This document shows, piece after piece, positions 39,427-49,785 of a stretch of 64,000 bases of DNA. Made by a program: the position numbers and the translations under genes. This DNA is from Hyalangium minutum (GTDB lineage Bacteria; Myxococcota; Myxococcia; Myxococcales; Myxococcaceae): contig NZ_JMCB01000001.1 of NCBI RefSeq assembly GCF_000737315.1, forward strand, positions 933,509 to 997,508, given 5' to 3'. The notes under the pieces were generated by a model. It ran no database searches. It was not told where the DNA came from and worked only from the letters and a program-made list of their open reading frames with translations. Positions within the stretch are counted from its first letter, which is position 1. Each line of letters begins with the position of its first letter.

Positions 39427-42400
39427 ATGCAGCCCCAGGCCGACGTCATCATCCTCACCGCGCTGAAGGAGGAGTACGACGCCGTCTTGGAGGTCAGCAC
39501 TGGCGCCCTCCCTGGGAGCACCTGGGAGACAGAGCTCAGAGATGACGGGCAGACCGTCTCCTTCCGCTCTTTTCAAGGGACTCGCGGTGGGGAGCTTCGC
39601 GTGGCGGTGCTCCAGGCTCCAGCCATGGGAGGCGTGGCGGCCGTGGGCGCCATCGCGCCTCTGGTGGAGCCCTACAAGCCCCGGTGCCTGGCCATGTGCG
39701 GCGTCTGCGCGGGGAATCCCGGTGTGGTGGAGCTCGGGGACGTCATCGTCGCGGATGTGCTCTGGGACTACGATCAGGGGAGGGCCGAGCGCACGGTCAC
39801 GGACTCGGGAGCCACGGTCGAGCGCGTCCAGGGCCGACGCCTCTCCTATCTGCTGAAGGCTCGCTGGAAACGAGCGGCGGTGCCCTTCGTTCCACCCGGC
39901 GCGGACTCCTGGCTGAAGCTGCGGCCCCGCTCCTCCCAGGACTCGGCGGAGAAGCCGTTCCGAGTCCATGTGGGCCCCCTGGCCACGGGCACGAAGGTGC
40001 AGCGGGGACCGGGGATCTTCGAGCGGCTGATCCAGGAGGATTACAAGGTGCTCGGGCTGGAGATGGAGGCTGCGGCGCTCGCGGCCTTCGCTCACGAGCA
40101 CGAGCTCCCCCACCTCGTGATGAAGGGGGTCATGGACTTCGCGGACTCGGCGAAGAATGACCGCTTCAAGGCCTTCGCCGCGCGGGCTTCCGCCGAGTGC
40201 CTCGTGGCATTCTTGCGAGAGAACCTGCCGGCAGGTCCCGCGGACGCAGCCATCTCGGAAGAGGCGCTGGCCGCCTACAAGCGCGCCCTCGTCGAGCAGT
40301 CCTCCGTGCCTCACCTGGAACTCCACGGGCTCGCGAACATCGAGCCTGGCTCGCGGGAGATGAAGCTGGAGCTGCTCAAGTTCGCGGTGGCGCCCTCGCT
40401 GCATGACGGAGCCCATGCGGCCAGCCGCCGAGAGCTGGAGATCCAAGAGCAGCTGGCCCGCGGAGTGGAGGATCCCGTCCAGAGGCACGCACTCGCCCAA
40501 GAGCGCGAGCAACTCATGGATGCGCGGTGGGACTATTACGCGGTCCGAGGCAAGGAGCACATCAGGCCCCATTCCTTCGCGCAGGTGCTGTCCCGGCACG
40601 AGCGGCTCGTCATCGTCGGAGATCCCGGAGCGGGCAAGAGCATCCTCCTTCGCCTGGCACTGCTGGCTTGCGATGAAGGTCCTCTGGGACAAGATGCCCG
40701 GCAGCTCCTGGGAGAGGAAGATCTCTTCAACGATCAGTCGCTCGGCGCACTCAAGGCGCTGCGCAGACTGCTCCCCGTGCCCATCAAGCTGGGCAGGCTA
40801 GGAGAGGCACTGAAGAAGGAACGTGGCCTGTCGCTGGAGGAGTTCATCCGCCGCCACCTCGGCCAGCATCGCGCGAGCAAGAAACTCCTCGGCAGCCTCC
40901 CGTTTCTGCTCAACACGGGGCGAATCTTCCTGCTGTGCGATGGGCTGGACGAAGTGGCGGAGGAGCTCCGGGAGCGCGTGGTCCAGAGAGTGACGGCACT
41001 GCTCGAGCAGTATCCAGACGTCCGGCTCCTGCTAACCACCCGTCCCTATGGCTACCGCCCACGAGTTCCCGGCCTGGAGCATGCCCGGCTTGCCGCACTC
41101 AGCTCCTGGCAGCAGCAAAAGCTCGTGTCGCGCCTGCATGTCCTCGTGGAGGGGGGACAGTCTGGCGAAGCGGCGGGAGCGGCACGCGCGCGCCAGCGAA
41201 CGAGGGCCTTGCTGCGCTCGGTCCATACGCGGCCCGAGTGGCAGACGCTCAGCAGCAACCCGCTGCTGCTCACCTTGTCCGCGCTGACCCGCACCGACCA
41301 AGGGGCCCTGCCTCGGCACCGGGTGATCGTCTACAACAACTTCGTCACGACACTCCTGGCGGAGTGGCGCTCCGCGGTCCCCTTGAAGAAGGCCCAGCAA
41401 CTGCTGGCGGCCTGGGCCTCCGTCGCCTTCGAGCTGGTGCGCCAGGAGAAGCACCTGGGCATCGCGAAGGCCCACCTGCTGCGGATGCTCGCGGACACCC
41501 AGCACACACCGCCGAAGAGGGCTCAGAGCTTCGCGGAGACCGCGCTCCAGCTCGCGCTCGAGAGGGGGCTCGTGCGCGAGGAGGAAGAGACCGTCTCATT
41601 CTGGCACCGGACCTTTGGCGAATTCCTGGCCGCGTATGCCCTCACGGGCACGGACGAGCAGGGGGCCGCGAGCCGTATCCTCGAAGCAGGCCCGCTCCCC
41701 CTCCCCGTCCTTCAGTTCGCGGCGGCACGGCTCGACCATGTGCTCCACGCCCGCCCGCAAGCCGATGCTCTCGCGCGGGGATTGCTCGCCCAGGACGAGC
41801 GAGCCCCCGGACGGCTGCTGCGGCCGGGGCTGCGCCAAGTCTCTGCCTGTCTCACGGATGGAGTCTCCTTCTCCCAAGAGCTGGTCGAGCGCGTCTGGAC
41901 CTCGTGGGCCGAGCTGCTCGCACAGACTGCGCCCTCCCGGGCCTGGAGCCAGTTCAGGCCGCTCACGCAGGCGGCCCTGCCGCGCACGCTGCCGGCCGCT
42001 CTCGTGGAGCGCTTCGCCCGCCTGCCGGATCGAGGTCTGTACGAGATCCATCATGGGACGTCCCTCCTCGTGGCCCGGCTGGCCCGGGAGGCACCTGACG
42101 CCGCGCGCGAGGTGTGCACGCGGTGGATGAACGCCCAATCCTCCCTGGCAGGAACCCAGAAGTTTCACGGCGCCATCGGCCTTGCTTCTCTCGGGCAATG
42201 GAGTGACGAAGTCATCGCCGCTCTGGGCGAGTTCCGCGAGGTCCTGAAGCTGGGCGTGGAGATCCTCGCGCAGCAAGTTCGCGACGGCGGCCCGGTGTTG
42301 AGGGAGCGGCTCCTGACGCTGGCGCAGGCCCGGATCCCCGGGGACGACCCTTCCATGGGGAAGCCAGCCCCCTCGGATCTGCCCACCGCCCGAACCCAAG

Positions 42401-45400
42401 AGCATGAGCGCGTGGTCGAGCGAAGGCTCTCCGCGGCGGTCCTCCTCGCGATCTCCGGGACGTGGGAGGAAAACGGAGCCTGGGTGCTGCACAGGGCGCT
42501 CTCAGGAAAGGAGAGCCCGTCCCGGCTGGACGAACTCAAGGGGGTGCTCCTGCACTGCGCCACGGCGGCCCCCGTGCAGGCGAGCCTCCTTGAATGGATC
42601 TGCGACGGCCAGCTCCTGGGCGACAACGCCCGGCAGCTCGTCCGCGAGGTCGCGGCCTTGGTGGAGGACCTGCCCCAGCAGGTGCTGGAGAGGTTTGCGC
42701 AAGCCGAAGGGACGGTGCAGGAGCAGCTGGAGGAATTGCTCGTCCAGGTGGGAACAGAGCGGCGCTCCCTGCTCGACCTCCTGTGGGGTTGGTTGGAGGA
42801 TCCTCAGGAGGAACGCCGGGTGCGCGCGGCCCGCCTCCTGCGCAAGCTCGCCCGGCATGAGCCGCGGTACCACGAGGCGCTGCGGCGTGGCATGCAGGCT
42901 CCCGAGCCGGTATGGCGCGTCCGTTGGGCCTACGCGTCGTTTTCCCTCAACCCGGAACTCTCGAAGCGAGCACTGGCCACACTGCAAGACTGTGCGCGCT
43001 CCCCGGATCCCGCTGTGCTTGAGGCCGTTTACGGGAGAAACAAGGCGCTTGATTGCGTCAGGTGGGAGGGAGTCCCGGCGCTGGAAGGCTGGCTCGCCTG
43101 TGCACTGGACCCCACCGTGCCAGACGCGGCGAGGCTCCGAGCGGCCCAGCTCGTCATGTATGCGAAAGAGAGCTGGGAGCCTGTGAGGGAGATCTTTTAC
43201 GCCCTGCTGGACTCCGAGGATTCGCTGGTGCGGCACAGTGCGGCGATCGAGCTATTCTTGCGAGCGCCCTCGGACATGCGCGTATCTCTGATGGCGGCGG
43301 AGAGGGCCGCACAGACGGACGGCTGCCGAAGGCTCAAGATGGGCCGTGAAAAACTGGAGGCCTGCGCCCGGGAGGCCGTGCAAGCCATCCTGAGAGGCCT
43401 CCCGCGCCAAGCGGTGTCGAAGCCACCTGATAGGTCCTGGGGAGTTCAATCCGATTGGAGCGCTCTCCTCGCGGAGCTCGTGACGCAGGATCTGCCGGCC
43501 GCGGCCCCTCTGATCCAGAACTTGAACCAACCCGGAGTGGCTGGCGAAGCGGCGGAGGCCGCACTCGAAGAGCTGGCGCGCAAGCACCCCTTTGTGCGAG
43601 CAGCGATCGGCGAGCGCCTGCGTCAGGCCGTGGCCGCCCCCCACCCGCTCGAGCTGCAGCGCCTCGTGAGGCTGGGCCTCCTGCATGGAGAACTTCAGCC
43701 CTTGGCCATCCCCGCGAGCCGGGGGCTCGATCCCCACACCCTGTCTCCGGGTGAGGCCTCATGGCTGGCCAAGCTCTTGAAGTCGGCGCACGCGGACGAG
43801 GACGCGCTCCGCTTCTGGCGGAGCGCGCTCGAGGGAGCGAGGGCCGTGGACACCCTCGAGGCCGCGGCAGAGCTCGCGGTGTACTTTCCAGGAGAAGCGG
43901 GGCCCTGGATTCAAGGAGCCATCGCGCGGCTGCTCGGCTCGCCCGAGCCCTCTCTCCGCTTGGATGCGGCGCGGCTCGCGCTGCTGTGTGGCGTGCACGA
44001 GGAGGGTGCCGTCCAGGTGCTCATCGGCTGTCTGGAGCTGCGCGAATCCCTTCATCGGGCGCCCGATAAGCGCCTCAACCTTCTGGAACTCCTCGAAGGC
44101 CGCGCGTTCGATCGCCGCGCGGAACACAAGCTGTTGCAGGAGTCCTCCCGGTCGAACATTCGCACCGAGTTCCTGGCGATGCAGACGCTCTACCTTCATC
44201 GGCCCGCTCGAGGCGCGACGATCCTGGAGCAGTGGCTCGGCGCCGAGTCGATGGAGCACTTCCAGTACGCTGTGGAAGCTCTCACGGCGCGCGGCCACTC
44301 GGGCGAGCGGGTATCCGCGGCGCTGATGGAGCGCCTGCGCTCCGCTCCCAAGGCACAGCTTGTGACGCTGATGCACCTCGCGCACGAGCAGAAGGCCTCC
44401 CCAAAAGAAGTCCTGGAGCGGCTGCTCGCGCGTCATGGTGGCGATCCCGAGGGGGGCTTGGTGGATGTGGCGCTCATCAACTGGCTCTATCGGCACCCCA
44501 CTCTCTGGGCCGAGCTGCGGCGGCAGCCTCCGGAGCTGCGCGAGTCCTTCAGGATCCTGCTCTACAACGATCCCTTCGTGACCCGCGACACCGTCGCCTT
44601 CACTGTCGAGCGTGCACTCGCGCAGAACGACATCCTGAACGTCAATGTCTGGGAGAGCGCTGTCAGCATCTGGTGTCGGCATCCCAAGGGAGAGTCAGAG
44701 GAACACCCGCGCCCTTCCCGGCGCATCGAGACGGCAGCCCCTGAGCAGGTACGTGGCTGGCTTCAGGAGCTGCTCCCCCAGGAGCCCCTCCCCAGCACCC
44801 TCGAAGGGCTGTCGTGCTTCGACCGGCTCGCTGAGCTGGCAGAGCTGCCTCTGGACCACCGTCTCCCCGTTTTGAAGCGCGCACTGGAGATCGACCTCGG
44901 CGCACGGGCGCACGAGCCCACCTATCCCTGGCGTCTCGAACTGCAGGCCACCGCCGCGCTCCGGGTGTTGAAGCTCGGAGGCTCCCATGGCCGACTCCTG
45001 CCCATTCTCCAGCGAGCTGTCGATGACCTGCGATCGCCGTGGGGGCCCAATGCCTTTCCGTTCGCGAGCGCACTGCTGACGTACTGGCCGAACGACATCA
45101 CGCGGAGGCAGTTCGTCCTCCGCACGGCCCTCGCTGAAGACAACGGCTTCAGCACCGACCAACTGCTGGTGCTCCTGGAGATGGCCCAGCTCCCACAAGA
45201 GGAGCGCATCTCCCTGCTCTGCCTGTGCCTGGGACTGCAGCCCCGCGCGACGCTGCCCACCTGTGTCCCCTCCGCGAGCGCCGCTTGGAGAGAGCACGCT
45301 CCCAGCCTGTTTGCCGCCCTCGAGAACCTCGGCTGCGACAAAGCGCGCCTTGCGTCCCTCCTCCATGAGTTCGTCTCCACCTATGGAACGAAGCTCTCGG

Positions 45401-45858
45401 CGCAGGCCCAACGGGCGCTGCTCGATCGGCCTGAACTCACCGCAGCGAGTTCCGCGAAGCTGCTGGCAGGAGTGCTCCTGGAGAGGCCCTACGACGCAGA
45501 CCCTCCAGGCCAGCGGTGGCTGGAGCGATTCGCCTCGAAGCGGCCCCAAGGTGAAGAGCGCTCTCTCTTGGAGCGCCACTGGGATTCGGACTCCCTGTCG
45601 ACCCACCTGAAATGGCTGGCGGACTTCTCCCAAGCGGATGAGCCGGAGCCGGTGGAGCAAGCGCTCTGCGAGCTCACAGGCGTGGACTCCCCGCTCTACC
45701 GTCAGGCCCGCCAGCGCCACGCCCTCTCCGACGCGCAGTGGAGCCAGTTGCTCGAGCAACTCGCGCTCGCGCCCGAAGAGCCGAAGGCCTCTCAGTTCGC
45801 CAAGGAGTGGCTCCTCATGAGCCTGTGGCGCACATGGGAATCACCGGCAGCCGTGTAG
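39427..45858 (+). CDS. NLR-like protein: N-terminal purine nucleoside phosphorylase (MTA/SAH nucleosidase) domain, NACHT NTPase and long helical/HEAT-like sensor
   Basis: PNP motifs ILTALKEE, MCGVCAG, GDVIVAD, LEMEAAA and KGVMDFAD. Walker A GDPGAGKS, Walker B LLCDGLDEV, TTRP and NPLLL. Confidence 0.88.
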   Translation: MQPQADVIILTALKEEYDAVLEVSTGALPGSTWETELRDDGQTVSFRSFQGTRGGELRVAVLQAPAMGGVAAVGAIAPLVEPYKPRCLAMCGVCAGNPGVVELGDVIVADVLWDYDQGRAERTVTDSGATVERVQGRRLSYLLKARWKRAAVPFVPPGADSWLKLRPRSSQDSAEKPFRVHVGPLATGTKVQRGPGIFERLIQEDYKVLGLEMEAAALAAFAHEHELPHLVMKGVMDFADSAKNDRFKAFAARASAECLVAFLRENLPAGPADAAISEEALAAYKRALVEQSSVPHLELHGLANIEPGSREMKLELLKFAVAPSLHDGAHAASRRELEIQEQLARGVEDPVQRHALAQEREQLMDARWDYYAVRGKEHIRPHSFAQVLSRHERLVIVGDPGAGKSILLRLALLACDEGPLGQDARQLLGEEDLFNDQSLGALKALRRLLPVPIKLGRLGEALKKERGLSLEEFIRRHLGQHRASKKLLGSLPFLLNTGRIFLLCDGLDEVAEELRERVVQRVTALLEQYPDVRLLLTTRPYGYRPRVPGLEHARLAALSSWQQQKLVSRLHVLVEGGQSGEAAGAARARQRTRALLRSVHTRPEWQTLSSNPLLLTLSALTRTDQGALPRHRVIVYNNFVTTLLAEWRSAVPLKKAQQLLAAWASVAFELVRQEKHLGIAKAHLLRMLADTQHTPPKRAQSFAETALQLALERGLVREEEETVSFWHRTFGEFLAAYALTGTDEQGAASRILEAGPLPLPVLQFAAARLDHVLHARPQADALARGLLAQDERAPGRLLRPGLRQVSACLTDGVSFSQELVERVWTSWAELLAQTAPSRAWSQFRPLTQAALPRTLPAALVERFARLPDRGLYEIHHGTSLLVARLAREAPDAAREVCTRWMNAQSSLAGTQKFHGAIGLASLGQWSDEVIAALGEFREVLKLGVEILAQQVRDGGPVLRERLLTLAQARIPGDDPSMGKPAPSDLPTARTQEHERVVERRLSAAVLLAISGTWEENGAWVLHRALSGKESPSRLDELKGVLLHCATAAPVQASLLEWICDGQLLGDNARQLVREVAALVEDLPQQVLERFAQAEGTVQEQLEELLVQVGTERRSLLDLLWGWLEDPQEERRVRAARLLRKLARHEPRYHEALRRGMQAPEPVWRVRWAYASFSLNPELSKRALATLQDCARSPDPAVLEAVYGRNKALDCVRWEGVPALEGWLACALDPTVPDAARLRAAQLVMYAKESWEPVREIFYALLDSEDSLVRHSAAIELFLRAPSDMRVSLMAAERAAQTDGCRRLKMGREKLEACAREAVQAILRGLPRQAVSKPPDRSWGVQSDWSALLAELVTQDLPAAAPLIQNLNQPGVAGEAAEAALEELARKHPFVRAAIGERLRQAVAAPHPLELQRLVRLGLLHGELQPLAIPASRGLDPHTLSPGEASWLAKLLKSAHADEDALRFWRSALEGARAVDTLEAAAELAVYFPGEAGPWIQGAIARLLGSPEPSLRLDAARLALLCGVHEEGAVQVLIGCLELRESLHRAPDKRLNLLELLEGRAFDRRAEHKLLQESSRSNIRTEFLAMQTLYLHRPARGATILEQWLGAESMEHFQYAVEALTARGHSGERVSAALMERLRSAPKAQLVTLMHLAHEQKASPKEVLERLLARHGGDPEGGLVDVALINWLYRHPTLWAELRRQPPELRESFRILLYNDPFVTRDTVAFTVERALAQNDILNVNVWESAVSIWCRHPKGESEEHPRPSRRIETAAPEQVRGWLQELLPQEPLPSTLEGLSCFDRLAELAELPLDHRLPVLKRALEIDLGARAHEPTYPWRLELQATAALRVLKLGGSHGRLLPILQRAVDDLRSPWGPNAFPFASALLTYWPNDITRRQFVLRTALAEDNGFSTDQLLVLLEMAQLPQEERISLLCLCLGLQPRATLPTCVPSASAAWREHAPSLFAALENLGCDKARLASLLHEFVSTYGTKLSAQAQRALLDRPELTAASSAKLLAGVLLERPYDADPPGQRWLERFASKRPQGEERSLLERHWDSDSLSTHLKWLADFSQADEPEPVEQALCELTGVDSPLYRQARQRHALSDAQWSQLLEQLALAPEEPKASQFAKEWLLMSLWRTWESPAAV

Positions 45859-45921
45859 GTGCGACCTTTCCCGCTACACCCCAGATCCATGAATTGCGTA
45901 AATGCGCTGGGCCGAAAGGCC

Positions 45922-45946
45922 GCCGTCCTCAATCCCTGAGGGCGGC
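45922..45946 (+). promoter_or_regulatory. 5'-leader hairpin, conserved with the paralog leader at 6331-6351
   Basis: Stem GCCGTCCTCA/TGAGGGCGGC with loop ATCCC, 23 nt before ATG 45970. Preceded by a GGCC-GAAA-GGCC hairpin. Confidence 0.35.
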
Positions 45947-45969
45947 TCGAGAAGGCAGGAAAGGACCCC

Positions 45970-48912
45970 ATGACGATCGTGGACTTTCGTACCGCGCCCG
46001 CTCACCGCAGGATCGTCTCACCCCGCTGGCTCATCCTGTGCGCCGTGCTGGCAGCGTGCAGCCCCGCTACTCCTGAAGCACCCTCCGAAGCGCCTCCCGT
46101 TTCCCAGACACAGCCCCTCACCGGGACTCCCGAGCTGTCGCCCGAGTTCGCCGTGAACCCGGCCGCCTCGAACCCCACGCATCAGGAGGGCGCCGTGGTG
46201 GCGGCCGGCAATGGCCTCTACCTCGTGGTGTGGATGGACACCTCCGATACACACAGCCCGGACATCTACGGCGTGCGCATCCGGGCCTCGGATGGCGAGC
46301 GGCTGGATACCTCGCCGCTGCTCATCGGCACGGGCTCCACCACCCAGTATCAGCCTGCCGTCGCCTTCGACGGCGTGAACTTCCTGGTGGTCTGGACCGA
46401 TATCCGCAGCGTCCCTGCCATCTACGGCGCCCGGGTGCGGGCCTCGGATGGCGTGGTGCTGGATACCTCGCCGTTCCTGATCAGCCGCACGCCCATGGGG
46501 CCGTACCAGCTTCCCCAGTTCAGCCCGGCGGTGGCCTTCGACGGGACGTACTACCTGGTGACGTGGCACGGCAATTACTACGAGAACGGCCCGGTCAGCA
46601 CCGGCGTGCAGAGCATCCGCGTGCGGACGGACGGCACCTTCATCGACGCCTCCAGCGCTCTGCTCGCCCGGGACGGCAGCAACTCGCGCGTGGCCTACGT
46701 GGACGGCATCTACCTGGTGGCCTGGCAGAAGAACCAGAACGTCGAGGCCATGCGCATCCGCGCCAACTCGATGACCCGGCTGGACACCACGCCCATCTCC
46801 CTGGCGGCGACGTCCGGCAACGAGAACAGCCCCGCGGTGGCCGGGCAGAACGGCGAGTTCCTGGCGGTGTGGATCGGCGCGGACAACGCCCTGTGGGGCC
46901 GCCGGCTGAACGCCGAGACGGGCGCCAAGCTGGGCTCGGCGGACTTCTCCGTGGGCCCGGCGGCGCTGGCCCCGCCTGAGGTGACCTTCGACGGCGAGAA
47001 CTACCGCGTGCTGTGGCAAGCCACCCGCGAGGGGGCTCGCAAGGTGCTGACGACGCGAGTGGCGCGAGATGGGACGGTGGCGGCGGACACGGAGCTCCTG
47101 CTTGCGGACCCCTCCTCCGCGCAGGCCCTGCGCGGGGGCATCGCCGCGGCGGGCTCGAATCTCTACCTCGCTGCCTATACGGCGTACGACACCGCGCTCT
47201 CCAAGTCCCGCGGCCGCTTCCGGCTCGTGACGGAGGGCCCGTCCAACGTCTCTCCGGAGCTCGCCGTGAGTCTGGCCCCCACCGGCACGCAACACCTCGA
47301 GACGGCGGCCGCGGCGGGCAATGACCTGTACCTGGTGGTCTGGTCCGAGGTGAATTCCACGTCGGGCAACCGGCCGGACATCCTCGGGGTGCGCGTGCGG
47401 GCCACGGACGGCGCGCTGCTGGATGCCACGCCGCTGCGGATTGGCACCTCGGTGCCCTCGGCGGACCTCTCGCCGGCGGTGGCCTTCGATGGCACGAACT
47501 TCCTGGTCGTCTGGGAGGGCATCGACGCCGTCCCGCTCATCTTCGGCGCTCGGGTGCGGGCCTCGGATGGCGCGGTGTTGGATGCCACGCCGCTGCTGAT
47601 CAGCCGCCCGGCCGTGGGGGCCTCCGTGGGCCTGCCCCAGTTGCATCCCGCGGTGGCCTTCGATGGGACGAACTACGTGGTGGCGTGGCAGGGCCTCTGG
47701 TACACGAGCGACTCCGTCGACTCGGGCGTGCAGGCCATCCGCGTGCGGCCGGACGGCACCTTCCTTGACACCAACGCCACGATCGTCGGCCCGGGCGGTA
47801 GCGACGCTCGCGTGGCCTCGACGAACGGCATCTCCCTCGTGGCCTGGACCCAGAACACGGATGTCCAGGCGGCCCGCCTCAATGGCGCGACGGGGCAGTT
47901 GCTGGATGCCTCGCCGCTCTCCGTGGCGGCGACCTCCGCCTGGGAGGTGAACCCTGCGGTGGCGGCCCACAACGGGGAGTTCCTGGTCGCCTGGACCAGC
48001 GGCGCGGACCTGCGGGCCCGGCTGCTGAGGGCCTCGGATGGCGCCCTGCTGGGCACGTCGGACTTCCTCGTGGGTCCGTCCGTTCAGGCGCCCGCGGACG
48101 CGACGTTCGACGGGCAGGACTACCGGATCAGCTGGCAGGCCACGAGGAGCGGGGGCCGCACGCTGGTGAGCACGCGCGTGTCCGCGCAGGGCGTCGTCGA
48201 TGCGGACGCGGAGCTCTCGCTGTCGCGGGTGCATACCTCCGCGGGGACGTACCGGGGCAACATCGCGGCGGTGAGCCCGGGCCAGCTCCTGGTGAGCTAC
48301 TCGCAGTTCGACGCAATGGTGCAGAAGACGCGCGCCCGGGCGCGGCGGGTGAGCGACCCGCGGCTGGGAAGCGTGCCGCAGATGCCGGAGACGTGCAGCG
48401 AGGCGGGTGCGCCCATCCTGGTGCTGACCGCGTCCTCGCCGCTGACGCTGGAGTGCGGCTCGGGCCCGTACATCGAGCCGGGTGCGAGGGCCGTGGACGC
48501 GTGCGGCAACGCGATCGAGGTGCACGCGTACAACACGGGCGCGGACTCGTCCGGGCCGGGCCCCAACCTGCGCTACGAGGGCACGTACTCTGTCTCGTAC
48601 GCGGCGTGGGACGCGCTGGGCCAGACGGTGACCGCGACCCGGGAGGTGATCGTGGATGACCGGAGGCCGCCGACGCTGACGCTCCTGGGCGACGCGCACA
48701 TGACGCACACGTGCGGCAGCCAGTGGCAAGAACCCGGCTGGCGGGCGACGGACGAGTGCTACGCGAATGTGTCGGCGCAGGTGCAGCGCACGGGCGAGGT
48801 GAACGGCTGGGCAGCAGGCACGTACACGGTGACCTACTCGCTGACGGACGCGGGCGGCAACAGCGCCACGCCGATCACGCGCACCGTGGATGTCGTGAAC
48901 TGCCCCTGGTAG
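45970..48912 (+). CDS. Secreted/lipoprotein with duplicated F/Y-LVVW repeat domain and Ig-like (DUF5011-type) tail
   Basis: AVLAAC lipobox. Two copies of the domain that is single in 6373..8226. Ends ITRTVDVVNCPW. Confidence 0.82.
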   Translation: MTIVDFRTAPAHRRIVSPRWLILCAVLAACSPATPEAPSEAPPVSQTQPLTGTPELSPEFAVNPAASNPTHQEGAVVAAGNGLYLVVWMDTSDTHSPDIYGVRIRASDGERLDTSPLLIGTGSTTQYQPAVAFDGVNFLVVWTDIRSVPAIYGARVRASDGVVLDTSPFLISRTPMGPYQLPQFSPAVAFDGTYYLVTWHGNYYENGPVSTGVQSIRVRTDGTFIDASSALLARDGSNSRVAYVDGIYLVAWQKNQNVEAMRIRANSMTRLDTTPISLAATSGNENSPAVAGQNGEFLAVWIGADNALWGRRLNAETGAKLGSADFSVGPAALAPPEVTFDGENYRVLWQATREGARKVLTTRVARDGTVAADTELLLADPSSAQALRGGIAAAGSNLYLAAYTAYDTALSKSRGRFRLVTEGPSNVSPELAVSLAPTGTQHLETAAAAGNDLYLVVWSEVNSTSGNRPDILGVRVRATDGALLDATPLRIGTSVPSADLSPAVAFDGTNFLVVWEGIDAVPLIFGARVRASDGAVLDATPLLISRPAVGASVGLPQLHPAVAFDGTNYVVAWQGLWYTSDSVDSGVQAIRVRPDGTFLDTNATIVGPGGSDARVASTNGISLVAWTQNTDVQAARLNGATGQLLDASPLSVAATSAWEVNPAVAAHNGEFLVAWTSGADLRARLLRASDGALLGTSDFLVGPSVQAPADATFDGQDYRISWQATRSGGRTLVSTRVSAQGVVDADAELSLSRVHTSAGTYRGNIAAVSPGQLLVSYSQFDAMVQKTRARARRVSDPRLGSVPQMPETCSEAGAPILVLTASSPLTLECGSGPYIEPGARAVDACGNAIEVHAYNTGADSSGPGPNLRYEGTYSVSYAAWDALGQTVTATREVIVDDRRPPTLTLLGDAHMTHTCGSQWQEPGWRATDECYANVSAQVQRTGEVNGWAAGTYTVTYSLTDAGGNSATPITRTVDVVNCPW

Positions 48913-48951
48913 CAGCGGCAGAGGAATGAAGGCGGCCTGCCCTTGCTCTCC

Positions 48952-49479
48952 TCATGAGAGAGGGGCAGGCCGTCGCTCTATCTCATGCGCTGATTCCGTG
49001 AGTGGGTTCGAGTAGCGCAGGAGGTCCATCAGGTCCTCGGACTTGAGGAACAGGCAGGCGTCGTTGAAGTCCCCTTCGGCAAGCTGGGAGCGCATCGCCT
49101 GGAAGAAAGTCTGGGCCACGGTGAGCGCCTGGTCGCCCGAGATGCGAAGGTGCTCGGCGAGGTCATCCAAGAACAGGTCGCGCTGGAACTCCTTCGGCAC
49201 CAAGCGCCTGCCGTGAGCCCGCTCGCAGGTCGCGAAAATCAGGTCGACGTTGCCCGGCAGCAGGCCCCGGATGATGTCGACCTGGTCCAGGCGCAGGTTG
49301 CGGCGGAGGGCACAGAGGATCGCCTGGACCGTCTCCTCCACGTTGTCCGTGAGCCCGAGGCTCTGGAGTTGCCCGCTGCCCCTCAGCGCGTCGAAGAGGG
49401 CCTGGGTCTCCAGCTCGTCCAGCTCGGATTCGGTGATCCCGACACCGGCTTCCTGGGGGGGCTCCATGTTCTCCGCCAT
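48952..49479 (-). CDS. DUF2267-like protein
   Basis: Two helical halves (ETVQAILCALRRNL...; LFLDDLAEHL...AQTFFQAMRSQL). AAGGAG RBS fits ATG 49479. Confidence 0.6.
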   Translation of the reverse strand: MAENMEPPQEAGVGITESELDELETQALFDALRGSGQLQSLGLTDNVEETVQAILCALRRNLRLDQVDIIRGLLPGNVDLIFATCERAHGRRLVPKEFQRDLFLDDLAEHLRISGDQALTVAQTFFQAMRSQLAEGDFNDACLFLKSEDLMDLLRYSNPLTESAHEIERRPAPLS

Positions 49480-49622
49480 GGCACTCATCTCCTTGGGCGG
49501 TACGCAGGACCGCTTTCTTCAAGGGTGCACACCGGTGGACGGCGGCGCAGCGGAGCCCGGCAGGCCCAGGGTGGCTCTTTCAAGCGCTCCCCCCGCCCTC
49601 GCGGTAGCTCTCCTGCTGCGAC

Positions 49623-49769
49623 GCATGGCAGCCATTCGTCGTCGCCAACATCAACCGCCGCAAGAAGGCGGGGAAGGGCTGGCCTTCCAAGAAGAAGGCC
49701 GCCAGCAAGAAGAAGCCAGCGGCGAAGAAGACAGGGGCTCGCAAGAAGTCCGCTCGCAAGTCCTCGTAA
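49623..49769 (+). pseudogene. Start-less Lys/Ala-rich coding remnant (histone-like tail)
   Basis: AWQPFVVANINRRKKAGKGWPSKKKAASKKKPAAKKTGARKKSARKSS*, 41/48 GC3. In-frame TAG at 49605 and no ATG in between. Confidence 0.5.
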
Positions 49770-49785
49770 TCGGACACAGAGAGCC

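Noticed and set aside
45901-45946. Known riboswitch upstream of 45970 (GAAA tetraloop hairpin plus second hairpin)
   Set aside because: I could not match it to c-di-GMP, SAM, cobalamin or other consensus elements by eye. It is kept only as a conserved-hairpin finding.
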